From positions 44,571,484 through 44,635,483 of the forward strand of contig NC_068990.1 of assembly GCF_001194135.2 (NCBI RefSeq): a stretch of DNA of 64,000 bases. Reading direction: 5' to 3'. This DNA is from Octopus bimaculoides (taxonomy: Eukaryota). The position numbers and the translations under genes are program-made. Positions 35,756-48,636 of the stretch are shown one piece after another. The notes beneath the pieces are model-generated. The model saw only the letters and a list, made by a program, of their open reading frames with translations. It was not told the origin of the DNA and ran no database searches. Position 1 is the first letter of the stretch. Each line of letters opens with the position of its first letter.

Positions 35756-36086
35756 TTCCCCCTCTCTTTCTCTCTCCCCCACTCCACTTTCACTATTTTT
35801 ATTCAAACCAACAAAGCATTCATGAAATCGAATAGTCGTGTAATCAGGCTTCTACATTAGAACTATTAGTGAAGGTGACGGAACTCAATCAGATTCCTCC
35901 CTTGAGTCATACTGAATCAATGGGTTAGTTCCTAGACAATAGAAAGCTACTCTTACAGCCTGTCTAGACTAGAATCTTGTCAGTCAACGCTAATTTAATA
36001 GACCACACATATCAGGAGAAAATAGCTATGCCAAAATGGAACAAGAACAATCGACTGTGTCTTACTTTGATATTTTTCCGATCATA

Positions 36087-36149
<63 letters not shown>

Positions 36150-36151
<2 letters not shown>

Positions 36152-36470
36152 GTAACTTCACTGGGGAACGTAGCAAAGTGTCAACTGAACACAGCTAGTG
36201 GACAAAGGTAATATTCTTCATTCTGACTTCGAGAATTCTGAGGAGGATTCGTGCAGTCCTAAGCAGCACTGATTTCTGTAGTTGCGCTATCTTCACATTT
36301 ACTCTCAAATATTCAATACAGTTTTTTAGCTTCGTACTTATAGTTCGCACTCACCTTCTTGAATGACGAAAGGCTTTTTATCTCACACCTCAAACCATCA
36401 TATCTGACCTGCTTATTATTATTTGTTTTTTCGATACTCTGTCATCACCAGGACATGCAAGATCTATGAG
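36150..36470 (-). mobile_element. R4/Dong-like LINE 3' fragment
   Basis: Minus frames IDLACPGD and LQKSVLLRTARILLRILE; 3' end abuts (TTA)n 36085-36150. Confidence 0.8.
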
Positions 36471-36479
36471 GAGATTAGG

Positions 36480-36840
36480 AAGGATGATCAACCAGTTGGA
36501 AGCCACAGTCGTGCACAGTAGCCATTAAAAACCAAGGACTTGTGTGCTGGAGCATTGTTCTGATTATACAAGAACCCTTTCGCCAGTTTTCCTCGGAGTT
36601 TAGTCTTGATAACCTTTTTGTAACTGCCTCAGCAATCTGACAGAGTATCCTCTATTGATGATGTGGCCCTTTTGAAGATATTTAATAAATACAATGCCTT
36701 TTGCAACCAAAAAAACTAGGGCCATTGCCTTCTTTGCAAATGAAACGACCTTGACCTTCTTTGGAGCAAGCGAGGTGGTGTATTTCCATTGCATGGATTG
36801 TCTCCTCATCCCTGGCTCAAAGTAATGACACTAATCCTAG
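36480..36840 (-). mobile_element. Mariner (irritans/Himar-like) internal fragment
   Basis: HYFEPGMRRQSMQWK...KAMALVF..KGIVFIKYLQKG...NNAPAHKS. Confidence 0.88.
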
Positions 36841-38589
36841 GTTAGGAGACGTTCAAGGAAACCTAAGTACTAATGCTTTATTTTTGCCCTACTAAAATGG
36901 TTGATCGGTCGCCAACGACAATACCAACTACAATAACAAATGCATCAACTGTATCCCGACTTCAGTGTCTTTCATAACATGGATTTGATTAGCAAAACAC
37001 AACAAAACGCAACAAAAAAATCACAAAATATAAAATAGAGATAGGAGTGAAGAAGTAGAAGTACATCTCTAACAGACATCAAATGACTACAGTTCTAGAA
37101 AGCATTAAAACCGTGCCTCCTAAACACAGCAGGAACTTCCAATTTTGTCCTGAAACTAGAAGCACTTTTCTGAGATTCGCTGAAGACATTGCTTCGAGGA
37201 AAACCTGATACATATCTCTCATGTAACTTCAATTGTAGCTTAATTGAAATTTTATTGTGTAAATGTACGAAGGTTGAAGTGTGGCCTCCTTACTTACTGG
37301 ATTTAGATGTAATAGCCATCACTAAGTCTGAAGTCTCCAACCTACACGTACAGACACTCCTCCGGGATGACTATGTTCAATCAGCCCATAATAACTCTGG
37401 GGTGGGTGTATTGTCCTGGAAAACTTAGATTTCGTGTTAAGGTGAAAGTTTTCTTGTCCTAGATAGCAAGTATGTGTTGAATTTGAGCAGTAATCGAAGC
37501 TGTGTCCTAATGTTGATGACCGTTCATGCCTCGCCAAGAACCATGCATCCAGACTTCTTCATTGGTCAAGAAATATCTGTAACGTTTATCCTACTCTTTA
37601 GTGTAGTGGTGTCTTTGACGCTTGCTGAAGTTATGTAGGTGTTGTAGATAGACAGGGAGTGTGTGAAATCTTATATTTTCCCAGACAATTTCAAGTACAT
37701 AATGAATATCGCATGGATTTCCCGAATACAGGAATGTGAACATGAGTGAATCAGTGCATCGTCAATATTGCATTAACATAGAATATCTATTTTCGGGTAG
37801 TTGTTTTCATATAAGTGTAGGACTTCTGTGATCAATTTAATTACTACTGCTAATTAGGTGTCCATTTACTGAACGCAAAACAGACTTTCCGACACGAAAG
37901 TCTGTTAGTGAGTTAGTTCACCAGGATTAGCGGGGAAGTTAAAAGTAACGAATGGTGTGTGGAACAAATGCGGACTATTAGACTGGAAATGGTTACATTT
38001 AGAAATTAACTAAAGTCAGAAAATACTAGATTAGATAGACACAGAAAGAGAGAGAGGGGGAAACAGAGAGTGCGAGATTTAATAGAAGGGTATAACATCA
38101 TCTCTGACTAATCTCAGTGGAATTGTGATGGTCATGAGCATTGCCTTCACTCCTGAATAAACCACAAAAAGGCTTTCTCCTTCATGCTACACGACGGTAT
38201 GGGAAACATTCGAGGGATCTAGTAGCTACGTCGCAACGAAAACATCATATAATCTTTGATGGGCTGCAATAGGCGGGTGTTGTCCGACTCCAATCAGAAG
38301 TGCAAAGTAATTTTGCTTTTATAATGTTTTTTCAATCTGACTTTTCCAAATGGTTTAGTGGGAGATGTTAACTGGAGACGGCGAACTTTAGATTCTACCA
38401 CAACGGTTTGTCACAAATCTCAAGCAAAAAGGAGAAATGATGTGGAAAGCTAATTACAACTTCTGAAATATCAGTGGTGTTAAACAGTTACGTTAGAAAG
38501 GATTTCAATCATGACGTCCACCTCTGAACTTCATTCGAACATGGTAGATCTTTTGCTCCTGCCTTCTTTAACAGCAATCCAGAGTGCGT

Positions 38590-38850
38590 CTAAGATACCA
38601 TTCTATTTTGCCACTAATATTAATAAGCACAATGTCTTCAGCAATGTTTCCGGGCTTAAGAAAAACTTTGGTCGCCCATTCCCACGGGTACATAAACGGC
38701 CAACATCTCCTGCCACAGAGCACCACTAATATTGACGTCACAAACAAACAACTTGTCACCTCGGACTAGAAACATTTCCGTTACTTCGAGATCTAGACTA
38801 AATTGATATGGGTTGGACAAGCAAGGCGTAAACTTCTTAGTCATCTAGAA
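38590..38850 (-). mobile_element. Possible L1/Tx1-like APE endonuclease fragment
   Basis: GDKLFVCDVNISG...MLAVYVP resembles GRLxVxDV...LVAVYAP; weak. Confidence 0.3.
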
Positions 38851-39002
38851 GCGTCAGAATTCACGTGTCGAAAACTGATTGTTTTGATGTTATCAACGGT
38901 AACTCAAGTAACATGAAGTCATTTAACACGCGATGACTTTTTTTTTGTCCAGAAACACCTTATGCTACGTATATTTACACAACCAATCCTAATTAAAGTT
39001 AC

Positions 39003-39033
<31 letters not shown>

Positions 39034-39604
39034 AACGGGTGTGAGGAAATAGTAAGAGAAACCAGTCAAGTTTCTTTAGGGTTCGGAATTTTTCAGTAAA
39101 ATGTCATGACCTCACTTTACCAAGAAATTCTTCCCACATCCCACTCCCCAACAGCACTAAAGAGGAAATTCATTATTCTTGAATAGATATGTAATCAGTA
39201 TTTACTAATACACTGTTGTGTTCTGCCCTCTTAAGAGTTTCTCTGATTGCTTTTCACATCAAAACAATTTGCTTATATTTTTAAAACTTTTAACAGCTCA
39301 TTTACCAGCTTCACGTATTTCTTCAGAATCACTATGAAGACCTGAAAAAGCGGATGAGGAAGTTATTTCATTCGTTTATTTGGCGTTCTTTTACCGCGTG
39401 ATGGAGCGTCCTGTCTTCTTGGCTTGAGATTTGTGTCGTGTTTAGTATTTCTTGTTTCCTAACTTATATGTTTTGAACCTGAAAGCCATCGCCTTCATCC
39501 TTCGAACCACCACAGGAACATAATATCAGGTTTTTAAAATTAGAATATTTGAATGTCACAGCGTTGACATGAGGGCTTCTTTTTTAAAAATATTGCCTAT
39601 ACTC

Positions 39605-39735
39605 TCTGGTTATTGTTTTACTTGTTTCAATCTTTTGATTGAGGCTATGCTGGGGCACGCCTTGACGTATCAGTTGAATGAACCAATCCCAGTACTATTT
39701 TTAAGCCTGATACTTATTCTAGCAGTCTCTGTGCG
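39605..39735 (-). mobile_element. SINE family B tail fragment
   Basis: Reverse complement agagactgctagaataagtatcaggcttaaaaatagtactggg...gattgaaacaagtaaaac. Confidence 0.75.
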
Positions 39736-39739
39736 CACC

Positions 39740-39950
39740 TCGGACAAGCCCGTCTGTCAGCACATTCGTGCCTGTAGAGTTCATCTTGAACCGGTAGCAC
39801 CCCCACCCCGGTAGCCCTACCAGGCCAAGGACATCTGGAAATTATCCATGATAGTTCCTCACCGGAAAGTCCTCCGGAACAGACTAGCCAGTTCGTTCGC
39901 GTCGGCGCCCAGTCTCCCCGAGAACGCCGCCGCACTTCCCCGCTACTAAT
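39740..39950 (+). mobile_element. Possible CR1/L2-like RT C-terminal fragment (GC-rich)
   Basis: RVHLEPVAPPPR*PYQAKDIWKL resembles RPHLEYxxPVWSPYxxKDIxKLE. Confidence 0.4.
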
Positions 39951-39959
39951 CTTCTATAA

Positions 39960-41937
39960 ACGTCTAAAGTTCTTCACTGGAGACTGTGTGCGAAAAAGTA
40001 GGGTCTGGACAGGGCACGAAAATGGTACAAACATGAAACAGGGAACATTTCGTTTTGCTGCTGGGAAAAAGTTCGTCACTTGTAGTTCCGTCTTCATCTA
40101 CGCCGTTGTTGGTATTAATTCTTTTATCCATTACTCTCGTGCAGAGTTAAGTGTTGATACAGTGTGACAACCAACAGTATTTTTATCTAGATACCATCTC
40201 TAGAGAAGTTTGTCTAAAAACAAAGACACAGAGGGGCTTCTCTGCTCTTGCTATTCTCACTTGGAAAATGAAAAGAATACATAGGCAATACCACAGGCTC
40301 TTATATTCATTGTTCTTAGTGTTTGTAGCATTTCCGTGCTCTGCCCAGATCCTACTTTTCACACAGTCTCCAGTGAACAAACTTAGCCCCGTTAATGTGC
40401 CTCCTTTTGTAGTGCTTTTGGATCATTTTGCTGCACTCACTTGGAATATAAAAACATAATAATGGAAGGACAAAGATCTACCTGCAGAACTTGGACAGAA
40501 GAACCAGAAAGCTGCACAATACACTCCATTTTAAAAATAATACCGGCCGACTTTATCTGCCAAGAAGGGAAGGTGTTAGAGAATTACTAAACGCGTAAGA
40601 CACGGCTGGTACGGCAATACTGGGTCTGAAGAATTATGTTGTACAGTTTAAAGAAAGAATACTTTCAGCAGCCACAGACACACAAAAACTGACTGAAACA
40701 GTAGAAAGATTCAAAGAGAAAAAGAGCAACAGAATGAACAAATGGAAAGAAATAGAACTACATGGTCATTTCATGCAACAAACTGAAAACGTTGGAAATG
40801 AAGCCCACTGGCTTTGGTTGATGGATTTGATCTTGAAACGAGAAACAGAGGCATTAGTCATAGCTGTTCAGGAAATGCCAAATCTGATAAAGGCAAAGAT
40901 CGACAAAACTCAGTCAGACAGCAAACGTAGAATCTGCAGAAAAGGATACGTGAGTATCAACCACATTTTGAGTGAGTACAGTACACTAGCGCAAAATGAG
41001 TACAAGCGCATACATGATTGGGTAGGCAAAAGAGTGCATTGGGATGTTAGTCGTGTGTGTGAACCTTTGTTCGTTGCTGTTAAAAATAGCAACACGATAC
41101 CTAGTGAAAATGGGACACACCCAAAAGCATTAAAGAAACAAGCTGATGAACAAAGTGAAAACTAGAAAGTGAAAACGGTGCATAGGCAATTCCTCGGAGA
41201 AATTGAGGGAAAGACAAGACCAACAACTGGATGTGGCTAAGGAAAAGTGATCTGAAAGGATGCACTGATGTATTGATATGCAGTGCCCAGGAACAAGCTC
41301 TGAGGACTAATTACATCAAGTTCCAAACCAAGTAGATAACAGCAGTGGTTCACCCCTTTGTAGAATGTGTGGCAGCAAAACGAAACAATCGCACATGTTG
41401 TGAGTGAGTGTAGCAAACTGGCCCAAACGGAATACAAAAGGCGGCATGATAACGTGACTAAGTTTGTTCACCAGAGATGGCGTGGGAAGTACAGTCTTGA
41501 AAGGACGCAGAAATAGTACGAGCATAAACAAGAAGGCACACCGAGAATAATGAGTATAAGGTCTTATGAAATTTTATAATTCAATGTGAATCAGTTATTG
41601 ATCTCGGAGACCAGATACTGTTGTAGTAGATCAAAGAAAGAAAGAAACCAAGATCATTGATATTGCCAAACTTTGGGATGCTTGAGTGGGTGACTCATGC
41701 ATACCTACTGGATAGAAAATATTGAAAAGTACAAGCCACTAAAAGATGAAATTGCACGAACGAGGGCAATGAGGAGAGTAACTGTCATCCCAGTAGTTGT
41801 ATGGGAACTGGGAGCATTAGAAACCAGGTTTGAGGAAAATATTTTGGAGAAACTAGGACTGACATAAGGGTAGAAATGCTCAGAAAACTGCTTTATTGGG
41901 GGCAGCGAAAATTTTGAGATTGGTACTTGGGTGTTAA
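39960..41937 (+). mobile_element. Cluster of R4/Dong-like 3' fragments: 39960-40045 (+), 40320-40455 (-), 40460-41060 (+), 41080-41937 (+)
   Basis: Repeated LHGxF...WLWL...QEQAL, CRxC..E.I.H..SEC, YKRRHD, HWxLC, IIDIA, LGAAKILRLVLGC*. Confidence 0.85.
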
Positions 41938-42129
41938 ATATGAACCGTTACAGCAACATGTGCGTAAACATGTAACCACATTTCTATACGAAAACTGCAA
42001 ACTTGTGAGTAGAATTTTAAAACTTTTACATTTTAATTACCTATAGATCCATATTTATATAAGACCTCTATATATATGCACATTGCTATTTCTTCTCGGT
42101 CTGCTGCTGATACATCAATGATGATTATT

Positions 42130-42975
42130 ATAACTACGGAAGAAACATCAATACATGTCTATTGGCGGTGTTCAGTTAAAAAAGTAAACGCTGTAAAAAC
42201 AGAACCCATAACATAACAAAACCAAGCAAAAGAGAAAGAACAGTGGACAGATAATCGTAAATACTATGAAATAGTTGATTTATGATTTACACACACTACT
42301 ATGCAACACCACCCCAGAAAAACATACAAGAATAAGCTCATACTGAAATACCTAACAAAATTAACAAAACTCATATGTGCCATAGAAGGCCGATACCCGA
42401 CAGAATGCAGCACACCCCATCCTACCAGCATAAAGGTGCAATAAATGATGCAATAGAAGGTTGGTTGAAACTTTCAGATGTCGAAAAATAATGGTGGTAA
42501 TGATGATGGTGACGAACGTTAGCTTACCTCAGTTTATGAGAGACAAGAGTTTCCGAAGCAATTCTAGTTGTAACAGCGAAAATGAAGCTGGACCATTAAG
42601 GGAAGGCCTCTCATTCTGCAGTGGTTCAGTAAAGATGCAGACTGACCACAGCTGTTATCCTAATACAGCATCAGCAGATAATAAAGCAAGGAGGAGGAAG
42701 TGGACCAGCGAAGAAAACAGGATAGTGATGCAGTGCTACTTAGAAAGTGAACCTAAAAGAAGGGGCTACAGAAAACGGATGTTAACACTTTGGGTAGAGA
42801 AGGGTGTTTTAAAGTGACTGAGCAGAGATTAGTCCATTAAGCTAATTAGGAGAAGAAAGTGGGTGACAGAAATGGAGGAAGAAGAAATCACAAGAGAACT
42901 GGAAAAGAAAGACTAGGCAGTAAGAAAGACAAATAACAGCATAAGAGATACACCTCAAACCAAAGAAGAACCCAA
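42130..42975 (+). mobile_element. 5'-only fragment of the same Dong-like family as 24847-28764
   Basis: Colinear with the reverse complement of 27870-28760, including the AC-rich 5' UTR and RRRKWTSEENRIVMQCYLESEPKRRGYRKRM; cut off by a SINE at ~42975. Confidence 0.92.
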
Positions 42976-43160
42976 ATTGGGGGAGGGGGCTAATCTATCA
43001 CATCCAACCCAGTGTTTCACTGGTACTTAATTTATCAATCCCGAAAGATGAAAGGCAAAGACAGCCTCGGCAGAATTTGAACTCAGAACGTAGCGACAGG
43101 CGAAATACCGCTAAGCATTTTGCCCGGCGTGCTAACGATTCTGCCTCGCTTGCCGCCTTA
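42975..43160 (-). mobile_element. SINE family A
   Basis: Reverse complement of the family consensus. Confidence 0.9.
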
Positions 43161-43184
43161 ACAATAATAAAAATGATTTCTTTT

Positions 43185-43950
43185 ATTGGCCACAAGGGTC
43201 CAAGTCATGGAGGACTATATCGAAGGACAACTTACAGCACAAAAAACAATTACGAAAACTACGAAAACATGTAAGGTTAACATCAAGGTGAGATACACCC
43301 ACATTAAAGTATATAATGGAGGATATATCATAGAAAGTAGAAAAATAAATAATAGATAAATGAATAAATAGAATCCCCAATAATGGGGCAGTCCGCTTAG
43401 TATAATTCGGGTTAAATCCCACACAAAAACTCTGGATTACTCAGCCATCCCCAAGGCATGGGAAAATGTCCTCTTCCAGTTTCTTTCCTCCTGCTTAGAA
43501 AAGCTTATTGAGAGTAGATCCATTCAGTCTCACCAGTCTTGCCACTGTCGACCACCTTTTGATGAACATACGAGAAGGTAGCACCTCCCTCTCTACCCTC
43601 ACCTTCCTCTTCAAATGATATTTGAAGAAATTGATGAGGGCTTGACTAGATAGGAATGCGCCTGTCTTCAATCCTTTCAGACGGGCCCACCACACAGCCT
43701 CTTTTGCCACAGCCACTAAAAAGAGAAAGATCTTCCTTCTCTGCTAAAGTAATGTGGTGCGTCGATCTTCCCTATACACTTGGTAGACAGCTGAATTTAT
43801 CTTACACGTGACAACAGCTTCTCCCACAATCCCACATCTCTCTAATGCACGTACACTGAATTATTGCATGCAAGACAGTTTCGTTCCTTTGCAAGCATCT
43901 CGGACAGGTTCAGCTGTTGGCACTTCCATACCTGAAGAGCTTGTCTCGAA
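43185..43950 (-). mobile_element. L1/Tx1-clade LINE 3' end
   Basis: Zinc knuckle CPRCLQRNETVLHAIIQC, then AVAKEAVWW...LINFFKYHLKRKVRVE, a 3' UTR and an A-rich end with AATAAA. Confidence 0.75.
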
Positions 43951-43964
43951 CAATAATAATAAAA

Positions 43965-44178
43965 ATCTTTTTTACTATAGGCACACGGCCTGAAATTTGT
44001 GGGGAGAAGACCAGTCGACTACATCGACACCAATACTCAACTGGCACTTAATGCTTCGACCCCGAAAGGATGAAAGGCAATGCCGACCTAGCGCGGAATT
44101 TGAGCTCAGAATGTAGCGACGGGCGAAATACCGCTAAGCATTTCGTCTAGCGTGCTAACAATTCTGCCAACTCACCGC

Positions 44179-44180
<2 letters not shown>
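43965..44180 (-). mobile_element. SINE family A embedded in (AAT)n
   Basis: Full-length reverse-complement match; aat repeats on both sides. Confidence 0.9.
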
Positions 44181-44250
<70 letters not shown>

Positions 44251-44252
<2 letters not shown>

Positions 44253-44775
44253 ACCGTAAAAGTAATGGACGAAAAGCAGAAGGCAAAATTCCTCTGGGAT
44301 TTTTACTTCCAGACAGACAAGGTATTAGTGCACCGAAGGCCAGATATAGTAACCTTTAGGAGGGACAAACAAGAATGCTTACTAATTGACACGTGGCAGT
44401 GCCAGGAGATCAACATTTCTCCATGAAAGAAAGACAAAAGGTTGGTAAATATGGAGACCTGAGAATTGAGATCGCTAAGATGTGGCAGCTACGAGAGTCA
44501 AACATAAAAGTTATTCCTATTGTCATCGGAGCATTGGGTTCAATATCACCCGATCTGAAAAAACATCTACAAACTTTAGAAATACCCTACAATCTAGGTG
44601 TATTGCAAAAGTCGACATTACTTGGAACTGCATGCATATTGCGTAAAGTACTGTCTGTCTGAGGTACTTGTGATTTAACGAACATTACAAACCCCGGTAG
44701 ACACAATATCTTCAATCAACAACCTCACGATATTGTAAACTATAATATAATTGTAAACTATAAACGACATCTATA
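44251..44775 (+). mobile_element. 5'-truncated R4/Dong-like LINE (REL domain and 3' UTR)
   Basis: LWDFYFQTDKVLVHRRPDI...AVPGD...KYGDL..EI..W..VIPIVIGALG...LLGTACILRKVLSV*; starts directly after (AAT)n. Confidence 0.92.
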
Positions 44776-44779
44776 ATAA

Positions 44780-44982
44780 TACGATGTAGACAAGAAGATT
44801 GAAACAGAATGCCTGGTAGGGCTCCTACAGAAAGTTTACCGCTTAGGGACAGGAAGGATTATCAGGAGAGTTCTAAGCACTTGAAAGACAGTTGAAAACT
44901 TGTGGATACCTAAGGTTACAGGAAGTAACCCGCTACTCACATAAATCCTGCCAAGAATAAGACCGAACCTGAGTCAAACCAA

Positions 44983-44985
<3 letters not shown>
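44780..44985 (+). mobile_element. R4/Dong-like LINE 3' end
   Basis: LLQKVYRLGTGRIIRRVLST*, then a UTR ending in (AAT)n. Confidence 0.75.
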
Positions 44986-45017
<32 letters not shown>

Positions 45018-45029
45018 CAACAACAACCC

Positions 45030-45238
45030 CTTCTACTATAGGCACAAGGCCTGAAATTTTGGGGAAATGGACTAGTTGATTACATTAGCCTCAGTGTTTC
45101 ACTGGTACTTAATTTATCAACCCCTAAATAATGAAAGCAAAGTCGACCTCGGTGGAATTTGAAGTCAGAGCTTGCAGACGAACGAAATGTCGCTAAGCAT
45201 TTTGCCCGGCGTACTAACGATTCTGCTAGATCGCTGCC

Positions 45239-45240
<2 letters not shown>
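45030..45240 (-). mobile_element. SINE family A embedded in (AAT)n
   Basis: Full-length reverse-complement match. Confidence 0.9.
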
Positions 45241-45314
<74 letters not shown>

Positions 45315-46005
45315 GACCAATGCCTACCTACAAAGAACTACCAGGCCAACATATTAAAGAATGGCAGCTCCCCATTATGTCGTATATGCCAACAACAAAA
45401 TGAAACCATCGATCATGTTGTCTCCATGTGCAGTCTGCTTGCGCCTACAGAGTATCTCAACAGGCATGATAGAGTTNNNNNNNNNNNNNNNNNNNNNNNN
45501 NNNNNNNNNNNNNNNNNNNNNNNNNNNNNNNNNNNNNNNNNNNNNNNNNNNNNNNNNNNNNNNNNNNNNNNNNNNNNNNNNNNNNNNNNNNNNNNNNNNN
45601 NNNNNNNNNNNNNNNNNNNNNNNNNNNNNNNNNNNNNNNNNNNNNNNNNNNNNNNNNNNNNNNNNNNNNNNNNNNNNNNNNNNNNNNNNNNNNNNNNNNN
45701 NNNNNNNNNNNNNNNNNNNNNNNNNNNNCAGGAAACCCCAAAATGGCTGAAGTTCAAAAGATAGTGCTCATGGGAACTGCCCATATCCTATGTAAAATAC
45801 TGTCTATGTGATCTCAAATTTTAAAACAAACACATAATTTTCTTATGGTTTCTTAAACATTCTCTAGAACAACACTGTACAAATCCAAATATATGGTACC
45901 CTAGGCATAACACCTACATGAACTTCTAACTTGTTGTCTCTTGAGGTCTCTGGGTGAGATTTGGATCCAACTTGTACAAATGCAAAGCAAAAGTCAAACA
46001 TAAAA
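45315..46005 (+). mobile_element. 5'-truncated R4/Dong-like LINE flanked on both sides by (AAT)n
   Basis: DQCLPTKNYQANILKNGSSPLCRICQQQNETIDHVVSMCSLLAPTEYLNRHD (CCHC and RHD) and VQKIVLMGTAHILCKILSM*. Confidence 0.92.
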
Positions 46006-47829
46006 TAATAATAATAATAATAAAGAAATCCCCAAATGACCATTGTTAATATTCTTGTCTCGTGATGTTTGTAATCTTTTAGTCAGGAAGGAATTGCAGT
46101 GCCCATAACGCTTTATAGGGCCACCGAAACTGATGGGAAAGTGAGAAGGGGGAGGGTGATGGAGGGAAGAAGGGAAGAAGGTATTTTCAAGCTAGAGACC
46201 GGGCCAGAGTGTTTGTCAAAGAATAGACTCCGCCGAAGACTCCCAATGTACCAAGTGGTGGCGTTAGATCAGGAAACGGATTAATTCTACCACCCAAGTA
46301 TGTCATGGCAGGATTTGATCTTAGAACTCAAGCAGCCAGAACAAATGCTGCATGACATCCGGTGCGATGCTCTCAAAGCTCCCTATCCTCCAATCCACCA
46401 CCCTGTATTGCAAGTCAGAACGCAAAGTGTTAGAACAAATACAACGAACCATTTTATTTGGTGCTCTAACGATTCTGCCAATTCGTTGCCTGCTAATGTT
46501 TTAGCATTCCTGTAAACGTATGAAATACACACTTATTAAACAAACACTATAGCATACCATGATAAAACTATACAAGCCTGCAGATTTATTTAGTGGAAAT
46601 TCAACATTGGAAACTATTTGAATGTTACTACTATAATTATATCTGCCTTATGTGTTGGTCGGTAACTAGAAGATAAGGTTGCAAATATTTATTTATGTTT
46701 CAGAGTTGGGTATTAATGTCACTCTGTGGGGGTGCTTCTCCTCGCCCTCTATTCAATGGACGCAACTTGATAGTATGGGTGTCAACTGCTTATTAAGAAG
46801 AAGCAGTGAATCATTACGCTTACTATTTGTGTTTAACCGATCAGGAGAAGACGGCGCTTTAGTTGAATGGAATACGAAAGAATTTAAAGGGTGTATGGTT
46901 AAAGCTATTCGCGTGTCTGAGTCATCCAATGGAAACTGGGATGGTTTGGAGACAGGACAAAATACCGAATTCTTGTCACTTCAATGCTGAGAATGTGGTT
47001 CATACACTCCTTTTGGGTGTAACTGAATCAGCATTAAAATAATCGACAGAACCTAGTGACTCAGTGATTGGATAGCTAAGATAGTTAATTTGCTTTTTTC
47101 TTTCTTTTTTCTGTTGAATACTGCCAATTTTCATTTTCGTAAACGTTTTTGTGACTAATATAGAGCTCCAAAAGTTTAAAGATCTTTTCTAGTGAAATGC
47201 AATGAAAAGAAGAGAATTCTTTGTAACACTTTTTCTATATGCAAAAAAAAAATCTATCCACTGATTTGTAGACTTAATTACACTATACTAATGAGAACTA
47301 ATAAGCCGAAAATGGTCTTAAGTTATCGTCCCTTGCCTGGAAATAAAGTCAGACTCGTAAACATTTGCTGCTAAGGTTTTCTTTCTCCAGCTGAGAAACA
47401 AATTTCAGTACCTCACCCTTAACGTATTTATCCAAATTAAATCCATTGACTCGGTTGAGCTATTTCCCTTAGTTCCTTATATTTTGAATTGTAGTTGATC
47501 TCATACTGTTATTTTTAGTAGGTCGCTGACCTGCAGATATAGAAATCAAATTCCCTCAAATCATACACTGTCTTTAAAATTACAACGGGAATATTGGATA
47601 ATGCAGTCTCATATATACATAAATGATGCTATGCATGGCAGGAAGGCCTTTGATCATAGCCTTCTCCCATTGGGATTAATCTGGGACTAAACAACAACAC
47701 TCATAACTCTCCCCCAGCTGTCTGCGTCTTGCTCTCTACCGCTACTCCATCAAGACTAACCATCCGAAAGCAAATAACACGCTTGTGAAGAAACACAGCA
47801 ATTTGTCACAACTTCCTACTACAAAACTC

Positions 47830-47975
47830 CAGCAGGTTCTGCTAGTTCCATCTACCAAATACATTCACAAGGCTTTGGTCAGCCCAAACTATAATAGAAG
47901 ATACCTGCCCAAGATGCCAATCAATGGCACTGAACACGGAACCGTATAGGTGGGAAGCAAATTTCTTACCATATA
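47830..47975 (-). mobile_element. SINE family B head
   Basis: ccatctaccaaat...cacaaggctttggtc...ctataatagaagata.ctgcccaag. Confidence 0.8.
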
Positions 47976-48636
47976 TATATATATATAGTTTTAGGGAAAA
48001 TAACCAAGTTTTTTACCTGTAATTTTGGATCTTGTCCCTAATATTATTATNNNNNNNNNNNNNNNNNNNNNNNNNNNNNNNNNNNNNNNNNNNNNNNNNN
48101 NNNNNNNNNNNNNNNNNNNNNNNNNNNNNNNNNNNNNNNNNNNNNNNNNNNNNNNNNNNNNNNNNNNNNNNNNNNNNNNNNNNNNNNNNNNNNNNNNNNN
48201 NNNNNNNNNNNNNNNNNNNNNNNNNNNNNNNNNNNNNNNNNNNNNNNNNNNNNNNNNNNNNNNNNNNNNNNNNNNNNNNNNNNNNNNNNNNNNNNNNNNN
48301 NNNNNNNNNNNNNNNNNNNNNNNNNNNNNNNNNNNNNNNNNNNNNNNNNNNNNNNNNNNNNNNNNNNNNNNNNNNNNNNNNNNNNNNNNNNNNNNNNNNN
48401 NNNNNNNNNNNNNNNNNNNNNNNNNNNNNNNNNNNNNNNNNNNNNNNNNNNNNNNNNNNNNNNNNNNNNNNNNNNNNNNNNNNNNNNNNNNNNNNNNNNN
48501 NNNNNNNNNNNNNNNNNNNNNNNNNNNNNNNNNNNNNNNNNNNNNNNNNNNNNNNNNNNNNNNNNNNNNNNNNNNNNNNNNNNNNNNNNNNNNNNNNNNN
48601 NNNNNNNNNNNNNNNNACATACATACATACATACAT

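Noticed and set aside
41143-41170. CTGATGA-ACAAAGT-GAAA hammerhead-like words
   Set aside because: Within LINE coding sequence; only a 2-bp stem II and no stem I.
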